This document shows, piece by piece, positions 27,262-37,541 of a DNA stretch of 64,000 nucleotides (its first letter is position 1; every line of letters starts with the position of its first letter). A program made the translations under genes and the position numbers. The DNA is from Planctomycetota bacterium (GTDB lineage: Bacteria > Planctomycetota > Brocadiia > JAADGH01), in contig JBFMAD010000003.1 of NCBI GenBank assembly GCA_040755855.1, forward strand, positions 64,001 to 128,000, read 5' to 3'. The notes below the pieces were generated by a model. The model saw only the letters and a program-made list of their open reading frames with translations. It was not told where the DNA came from and searched no databases.

Positions 27262-28104
27262 TCACCTGTGCACCATAACGCTGCAGAGCACGCGGCCTGT
27301 TTCGATCTCGATGAGCCGCCGCCGCTCCATGTCCTCGTTTGCCCCCTGCAATTTCGTAAAGCGGGAGTATTCAATGACCAGCAGGTGAGTCGCGCCGAGA
27401 ATCCCGCCCAGCTTGGCTCGGAGTTCATTAGAGACCGCGCCAGTCTGTGCGAAGTCCAGCTCCTTGAGGACGTCTTCGACTCCCCTGCGATCTACAAGCG
27501 AGAAGCCTGGTTCCGGCTGGAATCCTTCCAGATAGGAACTCTCATTTTCTGTCAGCAGATTCCCGCGAATCGCCTTGGTCCACTGCTCCAACTGCATCCG
27601 GTCGGTGAGGCCCACGTTGGTGATCTCGCCAACGAGGATGGCCAGCCTTACCTTTTTCTCCTGCCACAGCGCCCGCAGGATGGGAACGGTGTCTTCCCGC
27701 CGGTCGGCGCAGCCCAGTTCGGCGTCAAGGCCCATGTTCGATCCGTCCCTCTGGATCGTCACGTGCACGCGCTCTCCGTGCTGCTTCTTCCAAAGGGCGT
27801 CAAGGACGTCACACCTGTTTTCGATCCGCCGGCCGTCAATCTCGACGATGACATCGCCTGATCTGAGGCCGGCCTTTGCGGCGCCCGTGTCCTCGCGCAC
27901 CTTATCCACGCTCACTCTTCCATCGGCCAGCCGGGTGAGCGTGCAGCCAAGGACGGGCCTGCGGACATAACCCGATGGAACAGGGGGAAGCGGAACCGGT
28001 TTCGCCGCCGGGACCTGCTCCTGGACGGTCGCCTCCTGCGCACGCGGTTCACAGCCGACTACAAAGGCCAGGCCGATCATGAGAGCAACGGAAATGCCTT
28101 TCAT
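27262..28104 (-). CDS. Lipoprotein with PDZ domain and CsgG/LpoB-like C-terminal domain
   Basis: Lipobox VVGC; AAKAGLRSGDVIVEIDG PDZ motif; LVDRRGVEDVLKEL..GAV..KLGGILGA segment. Confidence 0.7.
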   Translation of the reverse strand: MKGISVALMIGLAFVVGCEPRAQEATVQEQVPAAKPVPLPPVPSGYVRRPVLGCTLTRLADGRVSVDKVREDTGAAKAGLRSGDVIVEIDGRRIENRCDVLDALWKKQHGERVHVTIQRDGSNMGLDAELGCADRREDTVPILRALWQEKKVRLAILVGEITNVGLTDRMQLEQWTKAIRGNLLTENESSYLEGFQPEPGFSLVDRRGVEDVLKELDFAQTGAVSNELRAKLGGILGATHLLVIEYSRFTKLQGANEDMERRRLIEIETGRVLCSVMVHR

Positions 28105-28297
28105 TGTATCCCTCCCTTTGATCGTGCATGTTACGCCATCGAGTCTTCCCCGAAGCCTCCCGGATGATACCACGAAAGCAGAGCCGGGTAAAGCCACAAC
28201 ACCCCGCGGGATTTTTTCGTTGACTTCTTTGCGCGTTTGGTAACACTATGGAAATAAGTTACAACAGAATTCCAACGCATGTTGCAGGAGAAGGATC

Positions 28298-31200
28298 ATG
28301 TGGTTTCGTCGCTATCGCTGCGTCGCTGCGATGGTTGCCGTGTCTCTCATCTGCTTCGTGTCCTGTGAAGAGGAGAAGCAGAAGCCGGTAAAAGAGGAGG
28401 TCAAGGGTCCGTCATCGGAGAAGAAGCCGTCCGACGAATCGCAGCCGCCGCTTCCGCCGCCGCTCGATACGCTCATCCCGCGTCCGAAGAAGGTTGAGAT
28501 TCTCAAGAAGCACATCCCAGTCAGCCGGGCCAAGATACTCCTCGTCGGGAATGACGAGAAGTTGCGCATCGCGGCGGAGGAGATCAACGATCGAATTACG
28601 TCCGAAGGCGGGGTCGCCCTGGAGACAAGCGAGTACTCGCCGCGAACCCTGCCGGATCGCGGCGCAGCCATCCTCCTGCTCAGCGCCGGCGATATGAACG
28701 CGAATCTCCTCATTCGCAAGCACAAGCTCCCGGTCTCGCCCACCGATCCGGGGAAGGAAGGATACATCATCCGATTCCTGCGGGAAGGGGACCTCGATCT
28801 GATCGTTCTCGCCGGCAGTGATCCGCAGGGCACGCTCTACGCCGCCGTGACGCTCCGGCACATGATCTCGAAAGGGGCCGATCACTTCGCGGCGTCGGCG
28901 GCAAACGTCGCCGACCGGCCCGACTTCAAGATTCGTCAGATCGGCACGCCCTGGGCCGTGACGAGGCGCTATCCATACTACGAGATGAAGGCCGCCGCGG
29001 AAAAGGGGGACATGGCAAAGGCCGAGGAGTATGAAAAAGAACTGCTCGCCTCGCAGAAGGAATACATTGACTGGCTCCTGCGCCACAAGATCAACTCCAT
29101 GACGCAGATATGTCAATTCTGGCGGCACACGCCGGAGGGCGAGACTCCCTTCCTGCGCCAAGTCTGTCGGAAGATCAACGCCTACGCCAAGGCCCGCGGC
29201 GTCGGGGCGATGGTCTTCGCATCCTCGTGCATCTGGACGGATCAGGATGGTGACAACCCCGATGTGAAGGGGTGCGTCTATCATCCGTCCCACCATCGTT
29301 TCTTCTGTTGGTCAAAACTGGATTACCACAAGAAGAAGGCGAGGGCCTTTGCCGAGTACCTGCGCGACTGCGACTACGATGCGTTCTACCTCCATGCCGC
29401 AGACGGCGGCGGCTGGAGGAACCCGGCCCTGTGGAACGATCGCTGCGAAAGGTGCAAGAAGAACTACGGCGACGATCACGCGAAGGCCGACGCGGTCGTG
29501 TTCGGCCTCTATTACGATACGATCCGGAAGCTTGCGCCTCGCGTCAAGTTCGTCGCCGTCGTGTATCCTTATAGTCCCTGCTATCTCGATCCGGCCTACA
29601 TCGAGGAGCAGATTCGCGGGGAAAGCGGGAACCTTCCAAACGCAAAGGACCTCGCCCAGGAGACCAGTGGAAAACATCGGCAATTCCTGGAACGGATCAA
29701 CACCCTCCTCCCAAAGGACATCTACGTCTGCGTTCGGGAGGATACGCAAAAGCGCATTGACCTCATGCGCGAGGCGTACGGCAAACGGAACTTCCATCTC
29801 TATTATGAGTATGCTTACTGGAAGGGCTGGCGTCCTTTGTTCCTCACGACCCCGCGATGGACAAAGACATTCCTCTACGGCGGTTATGAGGATATCATCT
29901 TCGGAAACAACTCGAGCTGCGGCCTGAATCCCTTGACGCAGATGTACGGCGTGGAGTGCGCGTGGAACACGGACGGTCCCGGCCGGTGGTTCTTCCCCAG
30001 CAAACAGGCGTGGATGGACCCGCAACAGTGCCTCGTCCCTCGCGACACCGCCCGGGCCTTCGCGGAAATCGCCTGCCGCGACCTATGGGGCGACGTCGCC
30101 GGGCCGCTCCTCGTCCCAGTCTTCATGGGGAACATCAGCTTCTACTTCATCGAGGACCCCGAGTCGGTGGCCGAGAAGTGCAACCTGACCGACATCCCCG
30201 ACTTGATGAAACAGCAGCACGAGGCGGCCGCATCGGCGACGAAATCCCTCGCCCAACTTTGGACCAAGATCAAGGAGGCAAGGAAGCAGAAGCGCTCGCT
30301 GATGACGCCCTACGCTCAACGCTGCATCCCGGACTATTACAAACTCATGCTTGGCGCGAGGGTGCTGGCCGGGTTCAAATGCCGCATGATGGCCGCGCAA
30401 GGAGCCGTCATCGCAGGGGATCGCGACGGCGCCGACCAGCTCGTCGCGCTTCTTCGCGACACGCTCCAGAAGGACGAACAGGATCTCGCCGCGTTGCGCG
30501 CAGAGATGAAGGACGAGCCCTGCACGATGCGAAACTGGCAGAAGAAGTCCACCTACGGCGCCTTCGTCTGCCTTGATGTGAAGGAACTCCGCGCGGAGCT
30601 CGACAAGTTCGACGCAGGCCGAGAGCAACTGTTCACTGCCTACAACATCCCCAAGTGGTTCAAGGACGAGGCGCAGAAACGCACACTTTACGCCGTCCTG
30701 ACCAGCGAGCCGATCGCCATTGACGGTAAGTTGGACGAAGGCGCGTGGAAGAAGGCCGCGCCCGTGGAGCACTTCGTGTATTACAAGTCGCTCCGCCTGG
30801 CCTGTCGAGAGACCATCTGCCGCATTTTGTATGACGCGAAAAACATCTACTTCGCCTTTGAGTGCTTCGATCCCCAGGCGAAGAATATCAAAATTCCCAA
30901 ACGCGACCGGGACCAGCACGCGGTCTGCGAAAGCGTCGAAGTCCTCCTCGACCCAAACCAGACCAAAACAACCTTCCATCACTGGATCGTTGACGCCGCC
31001 GGCAATCTCTTCGACGCGGCTCGGCTTGCGAAGGACGGCGGGCCGCCAACCTACTCCCCCGCGTTCAACGGGACCGCGCGCCTCGCCGTGCAGGTCCTGC
31101 CGGACCGATGGACGGCGGAGATCGCCATCCCCTTCTCCGACCTCGGTGTAACGCCCAAGACCGGAACGATCTGGGGAGCGAACGTCTGCCGCAACATCTG

Positions 31201-32380
31201 CACCGGCCTCGAACAAAGCAAGGAGGAACCTGTCGCGGCGGGATACATGGACGGCAAGGGATTCCACGCTGTCGAGGCATATCCCACGCTCTCGTTTGTC
31301 GAGAGCGCCCCCCCCTGCCCCCCGGCGGATGTCGTATGGAAGATTTCCGGGCCGAAGATGGTCTACGAGACCACGGGCACCGGCGCGGGGACGCGGCTGG
31401 CCCTTGATCTCGTAATCGAACCAGACATCACGATTCACAACGCCGCCATGTCGGCAGAAATGTGGGTTGGCGACAAGCGTCTCGGGGGACTTGATATCCT
31501 CAAGGAACCGCGCATCGAACTTATCTGGCGCAATCGCAAACCCATCGTCGTGCACTTGGACGAGATGCCGCCCGGCGTGGAGATGATCTTCACACTCAAG
31601 GCCGATGAGGGCCAATGGATCTCGCGTTATGTCTTCGGTCAGCCGCCGCGCCGCAAAGGGGCCGCGCCGACATTCGCGCCCGGCGTTGACGGACAGGCCC
31701 TGGCATCGCCGGCCTTTCTCGGGGCGTCTCATCTGCGCAACGGTCAACCCATCCAGCACATCCGCTCCAATTCCGGGACCATCGAGTTCTGGGTGAGGCC
31801 CAACTGGAACGGGGAGCGCAGCCTCGGCGGCCGACGGCACATGGCGCACGTCTTCGCGGATGTCGGGCCGATACGATACGACCATCCCTACTTGACGAAT
31901 ACGCGAAGCATTGCGCTCTACGACACCGGCCACGGTTCTCTACACTTCACGATGACGAATGAACGATACGATAGTCGGTCGGTGAGCGCATCCATCGCGG
32001 ACTGGAAAGCAGGGGAATGGCATCATGTGGCGGCGCAATGGCAGATCGGCGACAAGGGCGACTGCGATATGGCCATCTACGTTGACGGTAAGAAGGTCTT
32101 GGACAAAGTCCAGGTCGGCAAATACCCCGAGTTCCGCAAGGCCGACGAGATGCTGCCGATCCAGATCGGGGCGATGAATACGGGGGTGTGTCCGGCGGAC
32201 GCAGCCATGGATGAACTGCGCATCTCCATCGAGCCGCGTTACCAGGCCGATTTCTCGCCGATGAAGCGGCCCGAACCCGACGACAAGACCGCCGTGATCT
32301 TCCACTTCGACGGGAATCTGGAGGGACAGTCGGGCATGGACAAGCAGACCGTTGCGGCGGAACCGGGGAGCGCCGGCTGA
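28298..32380 (+). CDS. 1360-aa lipoprotein: GH20-domain-2-like N-domain, unknown catalytic barrel, CBM9-like and LamG-like domains
   Basis: Lipobox FVSC; LIPRPK..EGY..AGSDPQGTLYA..DRPDF; IDGKLDEGAW (CBM9); GTIEFWVRP..WHHVA..DELRIS (LamG). Confidence 0.75.
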   Translation: MWFRRYRCVAAMVAVSLICFVSCEEEKQKPVKEEVKGPSSEKKPSDESQPPLPPPLDTLIPRPKKVEILKKHIPVSRAKILLVGNDEKLRIAAEEINDRITSEGGVALETSEYSPRTLPDRGAAILLLSAGDMNANLLIRKHKLPVSPTDPGKEGYIIRFLREGDLDLIVLAGSDPQGTLYAAVTLRHMISKGADHFAASAANVADRPDFKIRQIGTPWAVTRRYPYYEMKAAAEKGDMAKAEEYEKELLASQKEYIDWLLRHKINSMTQICQFWRHTPEGETPFLRQVCRKINAYAKARGVGAMVFASSCIWTDQDGDNPDVKGCVYHPSHHRFFCWSKLDYHKKKARAFAEYLRDCDYDAFYLHAADGGGWRNPALWNDRCERCKKNYGDDHAKADAVVFGLYYDTIRKLAPRVKFVAVVYPYSPCYLDPAYIEEQIRGESGNLPNAKDLAQETSGKHRQFLERINTLLPKDIYVCVREDTQKRIDLMREAYGKRNFHLYYEYAYWKGWRPLFLTTPRWTKTFLYGGYEDIIFGNNSSCGLNPLTQMYGVECAWNTDGPGRWFFPSKQAWMDPQQCLVPRDTARAFAEIACRDLWGDVAGPLLVPVFMGNISFYFIEDPESVAEKCNLTDIPDLMKQQHEAAASATKSLAQLWTKIKEARKQKRSLMTPYAQRCIPDYYKLMLGARVLAGFKCRMMAAQGAVIAGDRDGADQLVALLRDTLQKDEQDLAALRAEMKDEPCTMRNWQKKSTYGAFVCLDVKELRAELDKFDAGREQLFTAYNIPKWFKDEAQKRTLYAVLTSEPIAIDGKLDEGAWKKAAPVEHFVYYKSLRLACRETICRILYDAKNIYFAFECFDPQAKNIKIPKRDRDQHAVCESVEVLLDPNQTKTTFHHWIVDAAGNLFDAARLAKDGGPPTYSPAFNGTARLAVQVLPDRWTAEIAIPFSDLGVTPKTGTIWGANVCRNICTGLEQSKEEPVAAGYMDGKGFHAVEAYPTLSFVESAPPCPPADVVWKISGPKMVYETTGTGAGTRLALDLVIEPDITIHNAAMSAEMWVGDKRLGGLDILKEPRIELIWRNRKPIVVHLDEMPPGVEMIFTLKADEGQWISRYVFGQPPRRKGAAPTFAPGVDGQALASPAFLGASHLRNGQPIQHIRSNSGTIEFWVRPNWNGERSLGGRRHMAHVFADVGPIRYDHPYLTNTRSIALYDTGHGSLHFTMTNERYDSRSVSASIADWKAGEWHHVAAQWQIGDKGDCDMAIYVDGKKVLDKVQVGKYPEFRKADEMLPIQIGAMNTGVCPADAAMDELRISIEPRYQADFSPMKRPEPDDKTAVIFHFDGNLEGQSGMDKQTVAAEPGSAG

Positions 32381-32384
32381 GGGA

Positions 32385-33206
32385 TCAGAAGAAGAGGAAT
32401 TTCTTTTTCTTCTTCGGCGGCTCCTGGCCTTCTTCCTTGTTCGCAGGCTCGTCTTTCTTCTCGGTTCCTGTCTCGGGGGCGGCCTTCACGTCCGCCGCGG
32501 GTTTGGCCTCGGCCTTAACATCTTTTTTTGCCTTGTCCTTTTTTTCCGGCGCACCCGCCTTCGCCGGTTTTTCAGAGCTCTCGCGCCACCACTGCCGCCA
32601 CGCCTCCTGATTTTGGCCCAGCGGCTGCCCAGTGAGAGCGCACAGACGCTCCGACGCCGTAAAGGCAACACTCGGATCTCTGTCGGCGAGCAAATCTATG
32701 AGAGCCGGGACAGCCTCCTTCCCTCCCAGGTCGGCGATGGCAATCACGGCCGTCTGGCGGACGTGGGCCTCCCGGTCCCTCTGCGCGACCTTGGCCAATT
32801 CCGGGATCAGCGATGAATCGTCATACTTTGCAAGGGATTTAATCGCGTCGCAGCGGACCAGCGCATCCCTGTCTCTTCCCGCAGCCTGCAAGAGAGCGCT
32901 GATCCCGTCGGGGTCATGAAATCGTCCGAGCGCAACGGCGGCATATCCCCGAACGAGGCGGTCCTGGTCCCCCGCCAAAAGGAGACAAAGAAGTTCCATT
33001 ACTTCCTTCCGCCGATCTTTGGGCACCTTCCTCGGGTGTTCCATAATCCACTGCACGCTCTCGCGGCGAACATGGGCCGGGTGGTTCGACTTCAGCCCCT
33101 CGATGCGTTCGCCCATAGTCGGCTGGTGGAATAACTGCTTGCAGCCGATCAAGATCGTCGCCGTCGCGAGCAACATCATAATGGCATGATTTCGGCGTCT
33201 CGTCAT
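32385..33206 (-). CDS. HEAT/PBS-lyase repeat lipoprotein
   Basis: Lipobox LIGC; repeated VR..AA.ALG units; W..WW end motif; Lys-rich tail. Confidence 0.8.
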   Translation of the reverse strand: MTRRRNHAIMMLLATATILIGCKQLFHQPTMGERIEGLKSNHPAHVRRESVQWIMEHPRKVPKDRRKEVMELLCLLLAGDQDRLVRGYAAVALGRFHDPDGISALLQAAGRDRDALVRCDAIKSLAKYDDSSLIPELAKVAQRDREAHVRQTAVIAIADLGGKEAVPALIDLLADRDPSVAFTASERLCALTGQPLGQNQEAWRQWWRESSEKPAKAGAPEKKDKAKKDVKAEAKPAADVKAAPETGTEKKDEPANKEEGQEPPKKKKKFLFF

Positions 33207-34270
33207 TGTGTAAATCGCCTCGTTACAGTGGATTTTTCAACAAACTTCATAACACCGTCTGCAATTGCAGCGGCGATCTCCCGAAGGTGAGCGGGATCCT
33301 GCAATCGGCGGGCCGTGGAGGGATTGGTCACAAAGCCGATCTCGATGAGCACTCCGGGACAGTGGCCTTTCCGCAGGACGCGCAGGGGGTGGTCCGTCTT
33401 GGTCCCACGGTCGTCGTCGCTCAGCCTTCCGCTAAGGGAGGACTGGATAGAACGGGAGAGTTCGTAACTTTCGATGCGGTACTCTTCCATCAAGGCGCAG
33501 AAGATTATGGCCTTGGCCACACTGTTCAGCACGGCCTCGCAACCGATTGCCTTGGGCGGCGGGTCGGCAATTCGCGCGGCCATCAGTCCCCGCGCGATAG
33601 CGGACCATGGGCCCTGATCCTCAACATAAAATATCTCGAACCCCTTCGCGTTGCTGGCCCGCGCGGCGTTGGCATGGATGCTGACAAATAGGTCGGCCCG
33701 TTCCCGATTGGCGATCATGGGACGATCGTCGAGCGAGATAAATGTGTCATCCTCGCGGGTCATCACCACATCTATCTGCTTGGCCGTGAGAATACGTTTC
33801 AGCTCCAGGCCGATGGCCAGCGTGACGTCCTTTTCCCTCACCCCGTAGCAGCCTTCCGCGCCGGGGTCCTTCCCGCCATGTCCCGGGTCAATGACCACTT
33901 TGAAAGCCGTGGGCGTGAGGGTGGGCCGCACAGGGGGCGCCGACTGCCCCCCGAGGTGTCCGCGCAGCAGACCGAACGAACTGCCTGGCACGACAACCTC
34001 CCCATAGCGCAGCGTCGCGCGGGCCGGCAGCGTCACCAGTGTGTCGTTCACAAGGACATCATACATCCCAGGGCAGATGACAATCTGGCTTGCGCCATCG
34101 GTAAGCGTTTGCCGGGACGTGGTCACATCGTTCTGGCACGTCATGCCCAAACGATTGGCAAGCTCTTCCACGGTGATAAACGATTCCGCAGCCGCGGAAC
34201 AGATCGCGAATAGGATAGGCGCACAGAAAAAGATGATTTGAAGAGACCGTTTCATATCCTGCTCCAGCAC
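33203..34270 (-). CDS. N-acetylmuramoyl-L-alanine amidase (Amidase_3)
   Basis: VVIDPGHGGKDPGA, EKDVTL, FVSIHAN, VLIEIGF; signal peptide; start may be 34255. Confidence 0.93.
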   Translation of the reverse strand: MLEQDMKRSLQIIFFCAPILFAICSAAAESFITVEELANRLGMTCQNDVTTSRQTLTDGASQIVICPGMYDVLVNDTLVTLPARATLRYGEVVVPGSSFGLLRGHLGGQSAPPVRPTLTPTAFKVVIDPGHGGKDPGAEGCYGVREKDVTLAIGLELKRILTAKQIDVVMTREDDTFISLDDRPMIANRERADLFVSIHANAARASNAKGFEIFYVEDQGPWSAIARGLMAARIADPPPKAIGCEAVLNSVAKAIIFCALMEEYRIESYELSRSIQSSLSGRLSDDDRGTKTDHPLRVLRKGHCPGVLIEIGFVTNPSTARRLQDPAHLREIAAAIADGVMKFVEKSTVTRRFTQ

Positions 34271-34343
34271 GGGCCGTCCTTGCGGGTCCTTGCGCGGAAC
34301 CTTATTATATCCAATCCATCTCGCATTGTAAAGCGCCCGTAAA

Positions 34344-35006
34344 TCATCTGTATTTTCGCGTCGCTGCCAGGGCCGCTCCTTCGCGCAATTTCGCGCGAAT
34401 ATCGTCCATCGGCATTCTTGCCCCGGGACAAACGGTCGGTTTTGAATTTACTTCGCCATGCCCCACAATCCGTTCCACGGGGATATCAAAATCGTTTTGC
34501 AGATCCCGAAGGAGCCGCAGCAGCGACTTCGTCTGGGCGGGAGTGGGTGGGGACTTCATGAAGTCGCCCACCAGCCCGATGCCAATGCCCAGCTCATTCA
34601 CTTCCTCGCGGTCCACATGCCCCCCCTGCAACTGCTGCGTCCAACGCGGCGACACCTCGATCTCGCCATCGCCCGAACCCTGGCCGTTGCCGATCACGAA
34701 ATGATAAGCCAGACCATTTTCCATGTGTTTCTGTTCGCGATGGTATTTGTCGAAAAGCGCCGCATTTCCCGATTCGGTCGCGCTGTGATGAACAACTATC
34801 GTCCGCCAGGGTCGGATCACCGCGTCGGGGTGAATCTCATACCTCTCGCGCAGGCGGTCGTCCGCCGTCATCGTGTAACGTCCATAAAGGATGTTGATGA
34901 TGCAAGCAACCAGCACCGCGCCGCCAAGCAGGGTGATGAGCAGGCGCGTATCGCTTCGGTTCTCAGAACTGCTTCCTGCTGTCGAGGAGGATGGTGACCG
35001 GCCCAT
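34344..35006 (-). CDS. Amidase_2 / peptidoglycan-recognition-type amidase
   Basis: [30 protein letters not shown]...TVCPG; N-terminal TM helix; start uncertain (overlaps dtd). Confidence 0.85.
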   Translation of the reverse strand: MGRSPSSSTAGSSSENRSDTRLLITLLGGAVLVACIINILYGRYTMTADDRLRERYEIHPDAVIRPWRTIVVHHSATESGNAALFDKYHREQKHMENGLAYHFVIGNGQGSGDGEIEVSPRWTQQLQGGHVDREEVNELGIGIGLVGDFMKSPPTPAQTKSLLRLLRDLQNDFDIPVERIVGHGEVNSKPTVCPGARMPMDDIRAKLREGAALAATRKYR

Positions 35007-35415
35007 CGTTCCGTACGTTGACCTCCATCATGGCCTGAAACTCGCCCGTCGCCGTCTTGACCCCGAGCGCCCGGACCCGATCCACGCAATACTCATAGAG
35101 GCGGTTGGCCTTGCTCGGCTCGGCCGCCTCCACAAAGGATGGCCGCTTTCCCTTCCGACAGTCGCCGTAGAGCGTGAACTGCGAGACGAGGAGGACGCCG
35201 CCCTCGACGTCTTTGACGCTGACGTTCATCTTGCCTTCGGCGTCGGGGAAAATCCGCAGCCCGACGATTTTCTCCGCCAGGTATTCGGCGTCCTTCTCAC
35301 TGTCGCCCTCCCCCACCCCGAGGAAAACGACCAATCCGCGGCCGATCTCCCCTACCGCACGCCCACCCACCCGAACCGCTCCTTCGAAAACACGCTGCAC
35401 AACCGCCCGCATCAT
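34963..35415 (-). CDS. dtd: D-aminoacyl-tRNA deacylase
   Basis: [23 protein letters not shown]. Confidence 0.97.
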   Translation of the reverse strand: MMRAVVQRVFEGAVRVGGRAVGEIGRGLVVFLGVGEGDSEKDAEYLAEKIVGLRIFPDAEGKMNVSVKDVEGGVLLVSQFTLYGDCRKGKRPSFVEAAEPSKANRLYEYCVDRVRALGVKTATGEFQAMMEVNVRNDGPVTILLDSRKQF

Positions 35416-35661
35416 ATCCCCCTAAGTGGACATAATGTCTTTGTGATGTCACGCAGCACGAAAGAAACGGGACCTAACGTAGAAGGCGGTTTCACAAAAG
35501 TGTGGCAAGGTATTCGGAACAACGATTGTGGCAATATCGCCTCTTTGACAAGCGAGAAATGCCTGCACAGTACATACGTCCATAGTTTTTTATTATATCA
35601 AAAAATTTCGGCATTTTCAAGTATGCCAAGAGCTGCCCCCCTCCTTCGGCCGCGCCGCGAC

Positions 35662-36486
35662 TCATAAAAGGCTGCACAACCAGTCGAAGTTCGTTTCCAG
35701 CCGATTGATTCGTTCCTCGACTGTATCGCCCTCCAACTTGCATTCGTAGTCGAATGGGCCGGCGTAAGCGATGTCCCGGAGCGCGCGCAGAAATGCCTTC
35801 CAGTCAATAACCCCTGTGCCGGGGGTCTGGTGTTTTTCGTCCACACCGTCGTAATCCGAAAGGTGCAATGCAAACAGCCGATCGCCAAGGGAGCGAACGG
35901 CGCCGGGGAGGGTAGCATATCGGTCCATAAAGTGGTTTGTATCCAGACACACGCCGGCGATCTGTGGGTCCAGTCCATCCAGCAGGAGCAGCAGTTCTTC
36001 CACCGAATTGCCCAGGCAGGTTCGCGGCAGCAATTCGACGGCGACCCTTTTCTTCAGCGCAGCGCATCGGGCGACGATCTGGGCAAGGGATTTCCGGGCC
36101 TGGTCCAATCGCCGGCTCCGATGGTCCGCCTCGATCGGCTCCGCGCTGGCATGAACCACGAATAGAGGGGCGTCAAATTGGATTGCAAGAGGGACGGCTT
36201 CCTCGAATGTTTTCAGCGCCCGACCTCGCGCCGCCTCATCCAGCACGGAAATATCGTGCGGCCCGCCGAACGGCACATGCACGCTGGCGGCTTCGATGCC
36301 TCGCTCCCTGCACATTACCTTGACCATGTCCACCTTTCGCGGAGCATCGTCCCCTTCGAAGATGCGCGGGAAGAGTTCAAGTGTGCGGATACGAGACCGG
36401 GCAACGGCGGAGATTGCCGGTTCGGTTAACTCGGTGGCGATCGTGTGCAACGAGACGCCGAGTCGTGGTTGAAACATTTGACACAT
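35662..36486 (-). CDS. Sugar phosphate isomerase/epimerase (AP2Ec TIM barrel)
   Basis: VELLPR, CLDTNH, LHLSD, H..PG.G.IDW, YE. Confidence 0.85.
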   Translation of the reverse strand: MCQMFQPRLGVSLHTIATELTEPAISAVARSRIRTLELFPRIFEGDDAPRKVDMVKVMCRERGIEAASVHVPFGGPHDISVLDEAARGRALKTFEEAVPLAIQFDAPLFVVHASAEPIEADHRSRRLDQARKSLAQIVARCAALKKRVAVELLPRTCLGNSVEELLLLLDGLDPQIAGVCLDTNHFMDRYATLPGAVRSLGDRLFALHLSDYDGVDEKHQTPGTGVIDWKAFLRALRDIAYAGPFDYECKLEGDTVEERINRLETNFDWLCSLL

Positions 36487-36549
36487 CCTTTTCGATTATG
36501 AAAACAGCGGTCGCCTCAAAATGGAAGCGACCGCTGTCTATAGATGGGC

Positions 36550-37392
36550 TTACTGGCTCAAAATTTTGGCGCGGAGGTCCGTCAACAGCTTGATCGCGTT
36601 GGCGATGTCGCGCTTCTGCTCCGGACCGTGGATCTCGCGCTCGATGGTCAGCGCCCCGTCGTAGCCGATTTCTTTTAGCGTGCGGAGGAAATTCTCCATC
36701 CCCACCGCGCCCTGGCCGAGGGGCACCTCCTTGCCCCAGGTCTCGCCGGGCTTGTCGGACCAGACGGCGTCCTTGCAATGGCAGCTCCGGACGCGCTTGC
36801 CGACCTTTCGCAGGGCCGCGATGGGTTCACCCGATCCGTAGAGGATCATGTTGGCAGGGTCGAAGTTGACGGCCAGATTGTCCTTCCCGACATCGGCTAT
36901 GAAGCCCAACAGGCCGTCCGCCGTTTCCTGGCCCGTCTCGAGATGCAGGCGCTGGCCGTTCTTTGCGCAGTGGTCGCACAACTGGCGCGTCGCCTTGATG
37001 ACGGCGGCCCGATTCGGGTCGGACTTGTCCTCCGGGATGAAGCCCAGGTGCATGCCCAGGGCGTCGCAGCCGAGTCCCTTGGCGAAGTCGGCGTTACGCT
37101 TGGCGATCTTCAGCCGCGCTGTCCTCGTCTCCGGCGGGACGAGGCCGACGGTCTTTTTCACCGTCGGGATGTCGGCATAGCTTTCGCCCTCGAAGCCGCT
37201 GAAGACGACGGTTACTTTGACGCCCGCGTCGTCGAACTGTTTCTTGAACTCGGCGGCCTTCTCCGCAGTCGCCATGTCCTTGTGCGGGGCGTGGAGTTGC
37301 ACGGTCGGCACGCCCAGTTCCTTCACCGCATCCAGGCCCGCGCCAAGACCCGCGCCGACCGACGTAAAAATCCCAAGCGGCCATTTTTCCAC
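36550..37392 (-). CDS. Sugar phosphate isomerase/epimerase (AP2Ec TIM barrel)
   Basis: LETGQE, NFDPAN, HCKD, EVPLGQG, TIERE; GTG start after AGGAGG. Confidence 0.9.
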   Translation of the reverse strand: MEKWPLGIFTSVGAGLGAGLDAVKELGVPTVQLHAPHKDMATAEKAAEFKKQFDDAGVKVTVVFSGFEGESYADIPTVKKTVGLVPPETRTARLKIAKRNADFAKGLGCDALGMHLGFIPEDKSDPNRAAVIKATRQLCDHCAKNGQRLHLETGQETADGLLGFIADVGKDNLAVNFDPANMILYGSGEPIAALRKVGKRVRSCHCKDAVWSDKPGETWGKEVPLGQGAVGMENFLRTLKEIGYDGALTIEREIHGPEQKRDIANAIKLLTDLRAKILSQ

Positions 37393-37541
37393 AGCAGTAC
37401 CTCCTGTTTCTTCAGAATTGAGAATGGAGAATAGTGAATTGAGAAAAAGCAATTCACCCGAATCAGGTCAACATGATACGGGAGTCATCGCCGGAAAGCA
37501 AGGCGATTCCCAAAATCAGAAATCTCCCTTCCTGTTTGCGA

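Noticed and set aside
37415..37446. Short heptamer-like run GAATTGAGAATGGAGAATAGTGAATTGAGAA
   Set aside because: Only about four degenerate units with no associated gene; too weak to call.
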